Shown here one piece after another: positions 1 to 12,460 of a stretch of DNA of 64,000 bases. The notes under the pieces were generated by a model, which worked only from the letters and a program-made list of their open reading frames with translations, searched no databases and was not told the DNA's origin. Source of the stretch: Rhizophagus irregularis (Eukaryota); the NCBI RefSeq assembly GCF_026210795.1, contig NC_089430.1, positions 1,860,001 to 1,924,000 of the forward strand, in the 5' to 3' direction. Within the stretch, counting starts at the first letter, position 1, and the number at the start of each line of letters is the position of its first letter. The position numbers were made by a program, and so were the translations under genes.

Positions 1-3000
1 TTAAATAGTAATATTTTTAAATATTCAGTTTATTATCCTTTTTGAAATTATCAAGTTTAATGTAAATGACACTAAACAGATACATATTCTTCGCATATGA
101 AATATTTCTAAATTACAATTGCTTTCATTATTTGTCATTTATATCTTACAGTATATACTGAACAAGTATCTCTTGCTAGTCAATAATAATAAAATATCAT
201 TCATTCTCTTGTTAATGAAAACTCTTTATAGCAGGATCCATCCGAAGCCCCTACAAAATTAAGAGGTAGAAACATTCAGTTAATATAATGTTTCTTTTTT
301 TTAAAAAAAAAAGAACAAAAAAAAGTTTCGTAATACATACGAAACTTAGTATTTTCATTTTCCGAAAAGCTCCACCCGAAATCTCTATAAAATAAAGATA
401 GAAATGTTAAAACAAGATATTTCTTTAAAAAAATAATAATCCGTTTTGATAGATTCAAAACTTACCACTATCACCATCCAAAAATTACCTACATTAAATA
501 AAAAGAACTTTTTAAAAATAATGTAATGAAAACTTGCCAGATTTTTAAAGTTCCTACAGATATATAAATAAAAATGTTGATAATGTAGTTTTCGAAAGGG
601 TTTATCTAGGACCCATGTTTTGCCAAATCCTACAAAAAAAAAAGTCTAAAAAGACATGAGATGGTAGGATTATTTTGTTAAAATTAAATTCAGAGGGAAA
701 AACTTTCCCTCACCATATGACCAAGAGATCTGAAGAATTGCCTAAAAAAGAAAAAAGTTGTTAAATAATTTAAACAAATTAAAACAAAAACCACTATCAC
801 TCCAAATTCTACAAGTCCAAGAAACCTGGTGAACTACTGTTAGTTATCATTTTGTTAAAATAAAAATTTAAAAAAAGCTACACGCTCCAAGAAAAATCTA
901 AAAAAAGAAAATCTAATAACAAAAATGGGAAGGAGTTGAACACCAATAAGATTTATAATATTTAAAAAATAATAAAAGTATGTGAAACATAATCTTGTGA
1001 AAAGAAAGTGATTGGCATTCCAATTGAATCTAATAATCAGGATAATGATGTCATTGGTACTGATATCTTTTTCTACGATATTCTCAAGTGGTGGTCTAAC
1101 GAAAATGTTATAGAGAATTTGAGTAATTTTTGAATTAGTTTGAAAATTGAAAATGAAGAAGTTTTAAGTATCAGTCGGTAAGAGTGGAGATTGTGTTAAA
1201 CAAAGAAGATTTAGGTGGTATAAAGGAAATGCGATTGATGACACAAACAAGCAGAATGTAGCAATTTATCAAAAATATAGATAAAGAGAGTGAAAATTGT
1301 TATTAGACTATATAGATATAAAAGTAGAAATGATAGAAAAATATTTGGAAGAATATGGAGCGAATCATATAATCACGTATACGGTAAATACGGTTAAAAA
1401 ATGATTATTTTTTAAAAAAATAGAGACCTAAAAAGTACACGGATATATGATCAAAATATACAATGAAATAAACTCATTAAATAAATTGGCTACTATATAA
1501 AAATAGCTATTTTTAAACTTTTCATTATTTCTTTGTAATTTCAAACTTCTCTTTTAAAACTCTATGGGCAGCTAAATTAAGAAAACAAAAAGTAAATAAA
1601 GTAAAATTAAAAAAAAAATTAGGTGGGTATTTTTATGTCTAACTAAAATAATCTAAATGACATAATATACATGAAATCAACCGTTGAGCTATACCATAGA
1701 CAGTGTAGTGACGTAGTATACATGGCGAATTTATTAATTATGGGGCGCAGTATTATATTTAGAATTAGTGTATAAATTTTTAGTAGTTTAAAATTGTATA
1801 TCAAATGGCCGAAATGACGTTAATAAACTATCTGATTAGGGGTTTACTTCCGAAAAGACGTTAAACTAGGGAATAAGGAATATCAGGGGATTAGGAATAT
1901 CAGGAGTGGATAGGACTTGAATAGTGAGTCATAACTTATAATTGTAATACGAATGAAAATTAAAGAACTAAAAGATATGAAATTTGACTTTATAAAATAG
2001 AGGTTACAAACTTGGAATTTGTATTGTTAATTATATTTAGTATTGTTAAACCAAGCATATTTGTATTTATTTACATTATTAATAAAGTACTATTTTGTTA
2101 AGTCCTAAGGTGGCAAACGTGTGTTTACACGGGACAACAGTAAATTCCTGTGACCGTCACAGATCACAGATCCCGCGGATGATTTTTTATCTTCGTGATA
2201 TGAGAAAGGTATCACACATCAATCACCTCATTACTCTAAAATGCGATTCGTTCTCGTATCTTATTATTATGACTTATTGCGCCACCCACAGCCTTCCTCG
2301 AAGGTAAAGAATTTCTTCTTTACAAAACTTTCAAGTTTTATTACTTCGTAAAAATTTGTATAGAGAAGCTTAACATAATTGCTGAACTTGTTATTGAAAA
2401 AAACTTAAACTTCAAAAATATATCGCTTTGGTTGTAAAACGTCTTTGTTCGATATTTCTCTATCTCTAATAAAACTTCCTAATATAAAATAAAGGAAAAC
2501 GACAGTTGGATGCAACAAAGAGTGTCAAATTTCTAAATTAACAGCAACACTTCATATAACTTTTCTGACTTTTTTTTTAACCTGAAAATTTTAGTCAGGT
2601 GATCGGTAGAAAAGTTTTTTTGGGTGAAAATAGGTGTTCATTTTTCTACATTATCACTTCCCTTTTTTATGGAAAAAGTAACTACCAGCCTAATTGTAAA
2701 ATAAAATTAGGCAAAAGCCGGGCAATTTGTCCTGTAATCATCCTGTAATGATAAATCACAATAAATCACAATACAGAATTCTGAAAACTGCAATAATCTC
2801 TAAAAAAAAATAACATGGTGGACATTTTCATAATTATTTTATTTTTATTTTGATTTTTCTGATTTTTTGTGTAGCACATGATTTCAGTCGAACAGTAGTC
2901 GAACGTGTTTCACCAATAGAATGGTTTATTTTGCATATGACCGAAAAATGCAGGCTACTGCTATAGTCCTTCGCTTCTCTCTGGACAAAATGTAAAAACT

Positions 3001-3341
3001 ACACAAATTAAATACTATATTTTAAAAAAATTCCCACGGCATATTTTTATTATAATTTCTATCTTTTTTTAATTTAAAATATTAGATATATGAAGCTATT
3101 TGCTACTTCCGAATCATTCTACTTCAAAAACATAGGAAATGTTTGCAAGTTAAACAGAATTCCTACTCAAATTTTTATGACCAAATTTATGTATCCTAAT
3201 GCGTTAAATGTACTATTACAAACCTTCAAGTTTATTCAAGTTTAAGCTAATGATAAAACTTAATCAATATACTGAAAAAATTTACTGGTTGTATATTGTA
3301 AGTTGTATATTTAGGTCCCCTAGCCATTTAATGATTGTATT

Positions 3342-5212
3342 TTATAATACTTTACATCTTTCAGCATGATATTTCTTGGTTTCGGTAACTATTATTTGCA
3401 ATGTAATATAAGCTAATAAAATCAAAATATATTGTAAATATTAAAGTATGATTACAAACCCATATGCTCGATCTCTTCTTTTGATAATCGTCCTTCGATG
3501 GTTATTTCACTTGACCTGTCAGTTGATTTATCAACAGCAGAGACCTAAAAAAATTAGAAAGTAAAAATTCACGATTAAAATTGTGGTGACATTTTTTTAT
3601 ACGAATACATACGATTAAGATTCCATTTGCATCAATAGCGAAGGCAACTTCAATTTGTGGAACATCTTTTGGTGCTGGATGAATTCCAGATAACTCAAAT
3701 TTTCCAAGAAAGTTGTTATCTCTTGTTTGGGTACGTTCACCTTCATATACTCTAATCAATATATTAGGTTGATCATCAAAATCCGTAGATATAATTTCAC
3801 TTTTCTTGGCAGGTATAATGGTATTCCTTTTCACAAACGGCATAAAGGTACCACCAAGAGTCTCGATACCTAATGATAAAGCGGTAGCATCAAGTAAAAG
3901 AAAATCTCGAAGCTTTCCAGAAAATTTACCAGATAAAATAGCAGCTTGTACGGTAGCACCATAAACTGCTGCTTCATCAAGATTAATAGATTTGTTTAAT
4001 TCTTTGTAATTAAAGAACTCAGATATCATCCTTTGAATTTTGGGAATACGTGTTGAGCCGCCAACCAAAACAACTTCGCCAACATGATTTTTATCGATTT
4101 CACTATCTTGAAACACTTTCTCAATAAGTTTCATTATCGGTTGGAACAAATCTTGATTTAATTCTTCGAATTTGGTACGTGTCAAAGAGGTATAAAAGTC
4201 GATATCTTCAAAAAGATAAGCAATTTCGATGAAAGCATGTGTTGATGTTGAAAGTATACACTTTGCACGTTCACAATGCTCCCTTAGACGACAGAGAGCA
4301 CGTTCATTAGAAGAAAGATCTTTCTTAAATTTACTTTTGAATTCTTGTACAAAATGATTTACAAGACGATTGTCAAAATCTTTTCCACCAAGATGATTGT
4401 TCCCAGAAACAGCCATTACTTCATAAATTTCATTTCTAATACCTAATAGAGAGACATTACAAGTACCACCACCCAAATCAATGATAAGAACAATACATTT
4501 TTCTCTAGTAGTAATCTTGTTTAACCCGTAAGCAATAGACGCTGCAGTTGATCCAACAACGATACGAATTACATTCAAACCGGCAATCAATCCAGCAACT
4601 TTTACAGCTTGACGTTGAGAATGATTAAAGCAAGATGGTACTGTAATTACAATATTTTTAACTTGTGTACTAAGAAAAGTTTCTGCAGTTTCTTTCATTT
4701 CTACCAATATCATGGACAATATTTCTTCGGGTGCAAAATCTTTTTCTTCGCCCTTATATTTGATACAAACATATGGTTTTTCATTTTTTTCAATGACTCT
4801 AAACGGCCAATGCTATATAAATATTTCGAGCAGTTTTCAGTGAAATCAATTCTTTTTTAAAAAATTATAATACTCAAATAGCATACCTTCAAATTAAGTT
4901 GAATGTTAGAGTCATTATAATTACGACCGATTAGACGATAAATGTCAAAAACAGTATTATATGGATTTCTATAAATTTGATTTTTTGCCGGTTCGCCAAT
5001 AAGAATTCCTGTATCAGTAAATGCGACATATGACGGTGTTGTGCGATTACCCCATTTGTTGACAATTATTTCGACATCGTCATTTATCCAAACACCGACG
5101 CGAGAGTATGCATTTCCTAAATCAATACCGACTATAATTCAAACAAGTTAAAACATTTGTCAGAAATAAAGAACATTTTTTATATCGTAATTTTATAATT
5201 ACCGGTCGCCAT
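3342..5212 (-). CDS. Divergent Hsp70 (Ssa-like) family protein, 5 exons, ~528 aa, lacking the helical lid and EEVD
   Basis: Exons 5212-5203, 5131-4887, 4812-3613, 3544-3460 and 3388-3342 join through GT-AG introns into 1587 nt in frame. Motifs: [45 protein letters not shown], linker [30 protein letters not shown]. Confidence 0.9.
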
Positions 5213-5373
5213 ATTTGATATTTTAAATTAAACTGTTGCAAAAAGATTAGGAGAGCGGAGCGGACGTTGCAACTTATTAAATATCCAATTTGTCAGATAA
5301 ATTTGTGAAACAGTAATACAAAATATTGTACATAATTTCATTGATCGTAGAAACCGTCCTTCTTGTGTTTCAT

Positions 5374-5604
5374 CCTCTTGTGTTACGTTATAAAAAAAAC
5401 CAAAAACATTCTTAAATCACCTCTTGTGTTACGTTATAAAAAAACCAAAAACATTCTTAAATCACCTCTTGTGTTACGTTATAAAAAAACCAAAAACATT
5501 CTTAAATCACCTCTTGTGTTACGTTATAAAAAAAACCAAAAACATTCTTAAATTACCCTCTTGTGTTATGTTATAAAAAAAACAATCAAAACATTCTTAA
5601 ATTA
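5374..5604. repeat. Minisatellite, ~45-47 bp unit x5, just upstream of the Hsp70 start
   Basis: Unit CCTCTTGTGTTACGTTATAAAAAAACCAAAAACATTCTTAAATCA starts at about 5374, 5420, 5465, 5510 and 5558; the last copy is degenerate. Confidence 0.95.
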
Positions 5605-5708
5605 CTTCTAGAATTTCTTTCTTCATTGTTTAATTTAATTAGTTTTCTAAATTTTCAAATAAAAAAAATTATTATTTTTTTTTTAAGATAAACTAAAAAA
5701 TTATATGA

Positions 5709-6826
5709 AACTAGCAGTCAACCGTTGCTTCGCACCGAGACCAATGATTTTGTTTAAATAGACAAATTTAGTATTATAATGTAATACTAAGTAAATTAAA
5801 GATGATTACAGTAGTTTTGTTTATAATTAGGAATTTAATATGGTAATGATATAAATTATTTTTACAATAATGTAGCTATTTATATTAATGATTTGATGAG
5901 AATGTAGAATGAAATTAAGGAATTGTGAAAAAATAATTATCAATAAAAATTGATTAATTTATTAGAAGTATTTTCGAAAAAACTTTATGAAAATACTACA
6001 AAGATTTTTATTAATTAATTAATTATTATTTTATATTACGTCAATCTTAAACTTATAACCAACTTGAGAAAAATATTGAACAATCAAATGTATTAGAAAC
6101 TGCAATTATTATTCTTTTGATACTCATTTTACTCGATAAATTATTAATTTAACTAAACCATTTGAAAAAAAATTTTATTCAAAAATCTAGTGATTATTTA
6201 AAGAATTTCGGATATGGATTTGGTTATAATAATCTATTATTAAATCAACAATTTCTTTAATTAATTAATTATAAAATATTGTAAAAATATCAATTTTTTT
6301 TGATTTTATTTGAAATCTATTTATCCAGTGTTCAATTTAATTGAAAAAATCTTAATCATCTTTATATCAACGTCGGTCAATTTTCCTACATGTTATATTG
6401 ATTTTTTTAAAAAAATATAATAATTTTGTAAATATATTTAATATAATATTTTATTTCTTTATTTAATAATAATAGAAAAGGATGAAGAAAGAAATCGGTT
6501 TAAAAAAATAAAAATAACAATACGGTCTAAAAAAAAAGATCGAAAAAAAATAATATAAAAAAAAAATTGGTCTTAAAAGACCGAAACAATAGGATTATTT
6601 ATTAAAAAATTTTCAGTTTGGGAAAAAAAAATTAAATGTAAATGGGAAAAGAATGAGAAAAAATAAATTTTTCGGTTTGAAAAAAACTGAAAGAAGAAAA
6701 GGGAGAAAAATTTTTTTGGTTCGAAATCAAAAAAAGCATTAACTGAAATTGGATTGGTTGATTGGAATGCACATGGATCGAATAGTTTTTCAATCAAATT
6801 TCCTTAATTATGATATGATAATAGAT
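5709..6826 (+). mobile_element. Possible non-autonomous Helitron/Helentron-like element
   Basis: Starts ACTAGCAGTCAACCGTTGCTTCGCACCG and ends ...ATGATAATAGAT, resembling the ends of non-autonomous Helitron-like elements. Its 3' part (from ~6399) recurs at ~19400. Family call is by resemblance only. Confidence 0.35.
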
Positions 6827-6863
6827 CGGACGCAAGAAATATCACACTTTTCAATGTTACACA

Positions 6864-7076
6864 AGGACCCCGAAATATACATAAAAGGGTCAGGTCAGAG
6901 TTTGCGTATAATGAGTCAAAAAAATCATGTAGATCATTCCTTTTATGGATAATCCCAGCCAAAATAATATTTCCTAATTTAGATAATGGCTGAAATTATT
7001 GTAATTCCGGCCCTGAAAGAATGCGTATTTTGGACCACTTCTGGACCTGACCTCTACATATATATTTCGGGGTCCT
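6864..7076. mobile_element. MITE family A (AGGACCC...GGGTCCT TIRs), 213 bp, 8-bp TSD
   Basis: TIRs AGGACCCCGAAATATACATAAAAGGGTCAGGT / ACCTGACCTCTACATATATATTTCGGGGTCCT. TSD GTTACACA on both sides. Empty site CAATGTTACACAATTT in duplicate copy B (~19891). Confidence 0.93.
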
Positions 7077-7099
7077 GTTACACAATTTAAATTATTTAT

Positions 7100-7626
7100 A
7101 CACCCTTAACAATATATAATCCAGGTGCCGTTTATAAAAGTAGACCTTTAAGTGATATGATTTAATCTGCAATGTCTTTAACGAGTTTAAGAAGTCAATC
7201 TTTTAATTTAGAAACTGGTAAACATTTATTATATTAAGAATTACATTACATTTTTATATCAATGTTTAACTTTTTTTTTACTTGAATAATTAGACCCATT
7301 TTATTATTATCAGACACCGTCTACTGGTAATTAGTCAATTATATATTTGTTATTGCTTGAGATATCATTCATTATATTAATAACCATTATTCTTTTAAAG
7401 TTAAAAGAAAATTCGATGAGATTAATGACGATAATGGTATGATATCAAATAAACTTTATTGTAAAGATTATAAATTGAATTAGATATTAATAATCATAAT
7501 AATAGTAAGTTTTTTTTTATAAATATTTATAATTACTTCATTATATTTTGACCTAATTATTTTTTTAAATTTATTAATGTAGAACATAATTCCAGAGAAT
7601 TTGAATTTGATATTAATACTCTTTAA
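7100..7626 (+). pseudogene. Orphan 3' tail (micro-exons) of a TKL-type kinase gene, copy A
   Basis: Reads NPGAVYKSRPLSDMI*SAMSLTSLRSQSFNLET, then short GT-AG exons ending ...HNSREFEFDINTL*. This resembles the tails of the intact kinases in the window. No kinase domain lies upstream; there is an internal stop and a small deletion relative to copy B. Confidence 0.6.
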
Positions 7627-8056
7627 TTTTTCAAAGTGGTTTTTTTATTTTATTTTTATTTTATTATAATAATAGATTATTTTTAGTGCTTTTAGGAAAT
7701 AATAGATTATTTAGTGTTTTTAGGATTTTCTATTATATATGTTGACTTTGACGGAAGATTTCAATCGCTATTTAATTAGTATACAAAGAGAAAATTATGA
7801 AAAATAATTGATTTTCTAAATTTTTAAACCACTAGGATTCGTTTTATTTTAATAAAATATCCTAAAAAAATTTTTTCTTATGTCATAAAACTCAAATTTA
7901 AATATTGAGTAATTTTCAATAATTTTTATTTAATTTGTTTTCTCATAAATTTATATATATAGTAATGTTGTTTAAATATGTACAGTAAACTCACCTTATA
8001 TGAATTTGGCGTCTGGACTTATTCATGCCTTCGTTCATTTATCAGAAAATTTTGTT

Positions 8057-8437
8057 TAGAGTTTGGAATCGATTAAGGTTAATCGATTAATTAATCGACT
8101 AAGACGGTTAATCGATTAAGGTATCTCAAAAATCGGTTAATCGATTAAATTATCAACCCATAATTCTGGTCAAATTATCTAATGCGTCCCAGAGCTGTGA
8201 ATTTTTGGTCTCGTGTTCTCCGAACTTGGAAGAATTTGTATTAATTTTTTAATGATAATAATAATAAATAAGACTTTCCTATAACTAAATGTATGATCAA
8301 AACCAATTTGGTGCAATCTGCGGTCAAAAAAAAAAAATTTTTTAATATTTTAATATTAATCGATTATTAATCGATTAGGGCCCTTGGTTAATCGATTATT
8401 AATCGATTAAGGTTTTTTTGGTCGGTTCCAACCTCTA
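8057..8437. mobile_element. hAT-like MITE, 381 bp, 8-bp TSD
   Basis: Termini TAGAGTTTGGAA / TTCCAACCTCTA. TSD ATTTTGTT at 8049-8056 and 8438-8445. Many subterminal AATCGATT palindromes. Absent from copy B (~20840). Confidence 0.92.
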
Positions 8438-8966
8438 ATTTTGTTAATGCTATAAATGAAGGATTTGGTATAGTATAGAATATTTCGGTATACAATTTTT
8501 TTCGGTATAAGTAAAAACAACGTGAACCGTCCTTAAATAAATTATAAAATATCTTTCTAATTTAAACTTGTTTCAAATTTATAAAATTTTATTAGAAACT
8601 TAAATCTTTGTTTTACTGCAAAAAAAAAATTCATTGTAATAAAAAATTCATTATAAAAAGTCATTTTATATGTTTATACACTTTATTTCGTTAAATCAAG
8701 TGTAACAGCGCTTGATCAATAAAAATTTTTATGTTAAATATCAAAATTCGTCATAAGGCAAAGAGTTGACTATATAGTTGAGTTAAAATATTAATCATTC
8801 TAAAGAAGATTATTTACATATAGTAGTAAATTCTTTGACAAACCAATTTCTCTTTTATTTATGTATAAAATAAAAACATAAAACTATAATATATAAAATG
8901 ATCGAAATAACAATATCACTATCGTATAAATTTGTTTATATTCCCTATAATATTATTTCTTCTTTT

Positions 8967-11900
8967 TTACAAATTGTGATTAGTGATGATATAAAGATCA
9001 CAAAATTCTTTGAGCTGGTTAGCTCCCGAAGTTACAGCAAATTTTTTCATATTTTCCACATTCGACCTGGTAATCTTTCGCGAGAGCCTCAATTCCATCA
9101 TCTCTTTTAAATGGGCCAACTCATAACTATTTGCTAATTTAAGTAGATCTTCATAAAGTACAAATTTTGAAGTATCGGAATCAATCTTTAAACTTTTAAT
9201 TGCCACATCGATGTCCTGGCCATACAAGTATCGTAATAAGATTCTCATCGAGTTAGGTTTAATGTCATTCACAGTATTCTTAATCAGACCTGGATTTGCC
9301 GAAGAAAATTCTTTTTGAAAAAATTCAGAGCTTGCCGCAAGCATATATCGATTTGCTTTAATTTCTTCTTCATCCACAATAAAAATGATATCATTTAAGG
9401 AGGTTTCCTGATCAAACAAAAGATCAAATACGGCTTTTCCAATAATAATGGACTGATTGTGTAGACAAACGTTTATTTTATAATCTGGTCGTTTTACTTC
9501 CTTGACACCTGCACTTTTGAGCATGGTGGGATATTTTTGAAGGGCCAAACAAATATATCTATCCTCATCTATTTGACTATTCAAAATCAAATCTTTTATA
9601 GAGACCCAGTTATCGTCATCAAATGGGTCTTGATTTTTGTTGAAATTAAGGAATAATCTTTCACGTTCATGAATATGTTCTGTTAAGTCAATATCATTTT
9701 CCTTACATTCATCTTCGAGCCATTTATAAACTTCATAGACGTTGTTTTTAAAAACTCCAGCCCAATTTGTCTTCCATTCATCATCAACCCGTAAATTCAT
9801 ATATAAGTAACGAAGATGTTCGATTACAATAGTTACTTCCGGTTTACCAAGTGTTGGATATTTTTGAAGCACGTGTTTAGGCGGTACAACATCTTCTGCA
9901 ATCAAAGACATTTGACTCCACGCAACTTCCTTATACTTGGAAAGTACTATGTGATCGAAACAATCCAAAGTATTAGTACGAACATGATTCAAATTATAAG
10001 GTTTACCCAGATCTTTGGAAATTGGGATAAATTGAAATCTTTCCATTCCTTCTTCAAATTTAAGAGTGTCAATATTTTTATAGAAATAATCGATTAAAGC
10101 AAAACCTCGATAACGTGTGTCAGATGGAGGGTTCACTTTTTTCCCCAACTTCTCAATATACTTAGCGCAAATAATGAATGTTTCTTGATTAACCTTATAT
10201 TTAAATCCAATACTTGACAATTCATTTAAATATTTTAGATCATTATGAAGAAACATGCCCATGTTTCCACTAAAAATGGTCTTAAAAACACTATTATTAA
10301 TATCATATAGTTGATCAACTTTCTTTAATTTCTTATTATATGTGGGGAAACAGGGCTTATCCTTCAAATCTTTAACAACTTTACCATAATCGAGTATGCT
10401 GTTAAGAAAATTAACATAATGATAATCATATTCATTAGGGAATTCAACGTCTTCGAAAGTATACGAATAAACGTCTCGTTCTTGGACATCAAGTTTGATA
10501 AGACATTTTCGAACATCATCTGCTGCATACAAATAAATTTTGGAATCCTTTTTTGTTCGATAATGTTGAAATTTATTTGGCAAAATATACCCGCATGAAA
10601 TTGGTTTCAAAGCTGGTTTCGAATCTGGTTGTATCGGATCCGAGAGTGTTGGCCAAATAGGCAATGAGCGGATGAGTAATTTTAGATCCGGGTTAGATTT
10701 TATGTCTGCACAAAGTAAAAAAAAAAATAAAATAAAATAAAAGAATAAGCAATTCAACCATTTGTTTAGTCGCAAGGATGATAATATTTGTATACTTAAA
10801 ATTCTATGTAGCTACCTAATTCATCCAAATTATTTCGTAATAAGTCTCGAAATCCTAAAGTCTGTTCACGTGGTAAGAACTTGAAGAGAACGTCTACGCG
10901 GTCATTCTTGTCAGGTAAGCCTTCATTAATCAACTGGAAGATATCATCATTTTTTAATACAAGTTGAAGTACTTTAAATCCATATTCGACTATGCATTTT
11001 GGATAATTTCCAGTGACGGACGGAAAGGGCCAGTATTTTGAGATGGGATGATCTTTTAGATCTATTTCTTTATTTTTATGTAATTTGATAATTTCTTCGA
11101 GTAGTTTGCAATAAAGTTCCGGTAAGAAATCGAGCAAAATATACCTATTCCAACCAAGTTTCTGATGATCTATATCCGGTAGATCATCTTTATCTATTAG
11201 TAATTTTCCACGATCTGAACCTTGGGCCCAAGTTCCGTTAAGATGAACTGGCAAATTTATTGCATCCGGCAGTGAGAAAAAAGAATACATTCTACCCTTA
11301 AAGTTATCCTGAATATTCTCTGAGCTTTTAAGTATTGTAGCGATGCCTCCTAATACGCGTAAACGATATTTTCTCGCATATTCTTGTAGTTTTGAATCCT
11401 CAGGATTTTGTTGAGCACCATTAGTAATAATCCAATGTTCTTCTTGTTTATTGCCTGAATTGTCAGTTAATTCGATTTTTAACTGAAAAGTTTTAATTAT
11501 ACCATTGTTAATATACTTTCTTCGATTTCGAATATCTTCATCCAAATCGGTTATAACCGCTTTCCAAAGAGAAGTTATTTGAAATGGAGATGTAGTTTCA
11601 TTTATAAAGGAAGTTTCAATTGTCTCAATGTTTCGAAGGAATAAAAATTGAGAGGAAACAATTGATTTAATATCGGTGAGTAACTTGCGGACTTTCTTAG
11701 TAGTAAAAATGCTGTCAGTTATATCACTTGGTTCTTTCCTAAGTGGTAATCGAAAGAGAGTCCCTTCAAAAGTAGATCGAAAATCCATCCCTTCAATACC
11801 TTCAAAAGGGATCAATTGATCCTTTTTAGAGAAACCACCAATGCCATTATTGGGAATATGACCTCTAATACCACGTTGGGATAAATATTTCTCTTGAGGA

Positions 11901-12460
11901 TCCAAAAACGCAAAAGAATCACCACTTATAAAACTTGGAACATCAGTAAAATGATAGCACGAATTAAAGCCCAATCCATGCTTCCCAATTTTTGTATCAT
12001 CGCCTTGCTTTCCTCCAACGCGTATTTGCATAAGTGATTCAAAATCAGTTTCTTTAAATTTCGCATTATTAAATATCAAAATGGCTGGGCCTTGCCAAGC
12101 CTTCATTTCATTATAAAATAGAGAATCTGTAGGATGTGAACGGGCGTCAACTATCACGTGATATCGAGTAGCTCCAGCGTCATCGGCTATTTTTTTTTTT
12201 TTAGGTAAAATAAGTAACATATTTTTTTTTACAAAAGTTACAAAAGCGAAATAAAATTAATTTTTTTTAACTCCTTACCATTTTGAAGAAATTCTTTAAA
12301 TATACTCTCGAAAGGATAATCCTGGTAAAATATGGGGTTTAATAATGTTATTAAAAAGAATTATAATATATATTTTAAATCATAGATGAAAACCTACTTT
12401 TATGATATTACGTATGGACGAAATAAGTGTCTCATTTTGACCGTAAGATTGAAATGACAT
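8967..12460 (-). CDS. Sacsin-like (Hsp90/GHKL-type ATPase) N-terminal domain plus C-terminal BTB/POZ domain protein, copy A, ~1071 aa
   Basis: Exons 12460-12398, 12321-12279, 12186-10816 and 10705-8967 total 3216 nt in frame. Motifs: EFLQNADDAGA, KIGKHGLGFNSCYHFTDVPSFISG, GTLFRLPLR, LPVHLNG. BTB region: DIIFIVDEEEIKANRYMLAASSEFF...LLRYLYG...LLKLANSYELAHLKE. Confidence 0.92.

Noticed and set aside
5363..5551. 62-aa ORF with repeated KKTKNILKSPLVLRY; the array also looked superficially CRISPR-like
   Set aside because: The ORF is a translation of the minisatellite. Units are contiguous with no unique spacers, there are no cas genes, and the DNA is eukaryotic.
6573..6952. Short ORFs duplicated at 19623-19847
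   Set aside because: They lie in A/T-rich repeat or MITE sequence, and their conservation is explained by the segmental duplication.
9816..10097. Antisense or alternative-frame ORFs over long genes (also 4609-4860, 24073-24521, 51200-51436)
   Set aside because: Shadow ORFs of real genes with no independent motifs.
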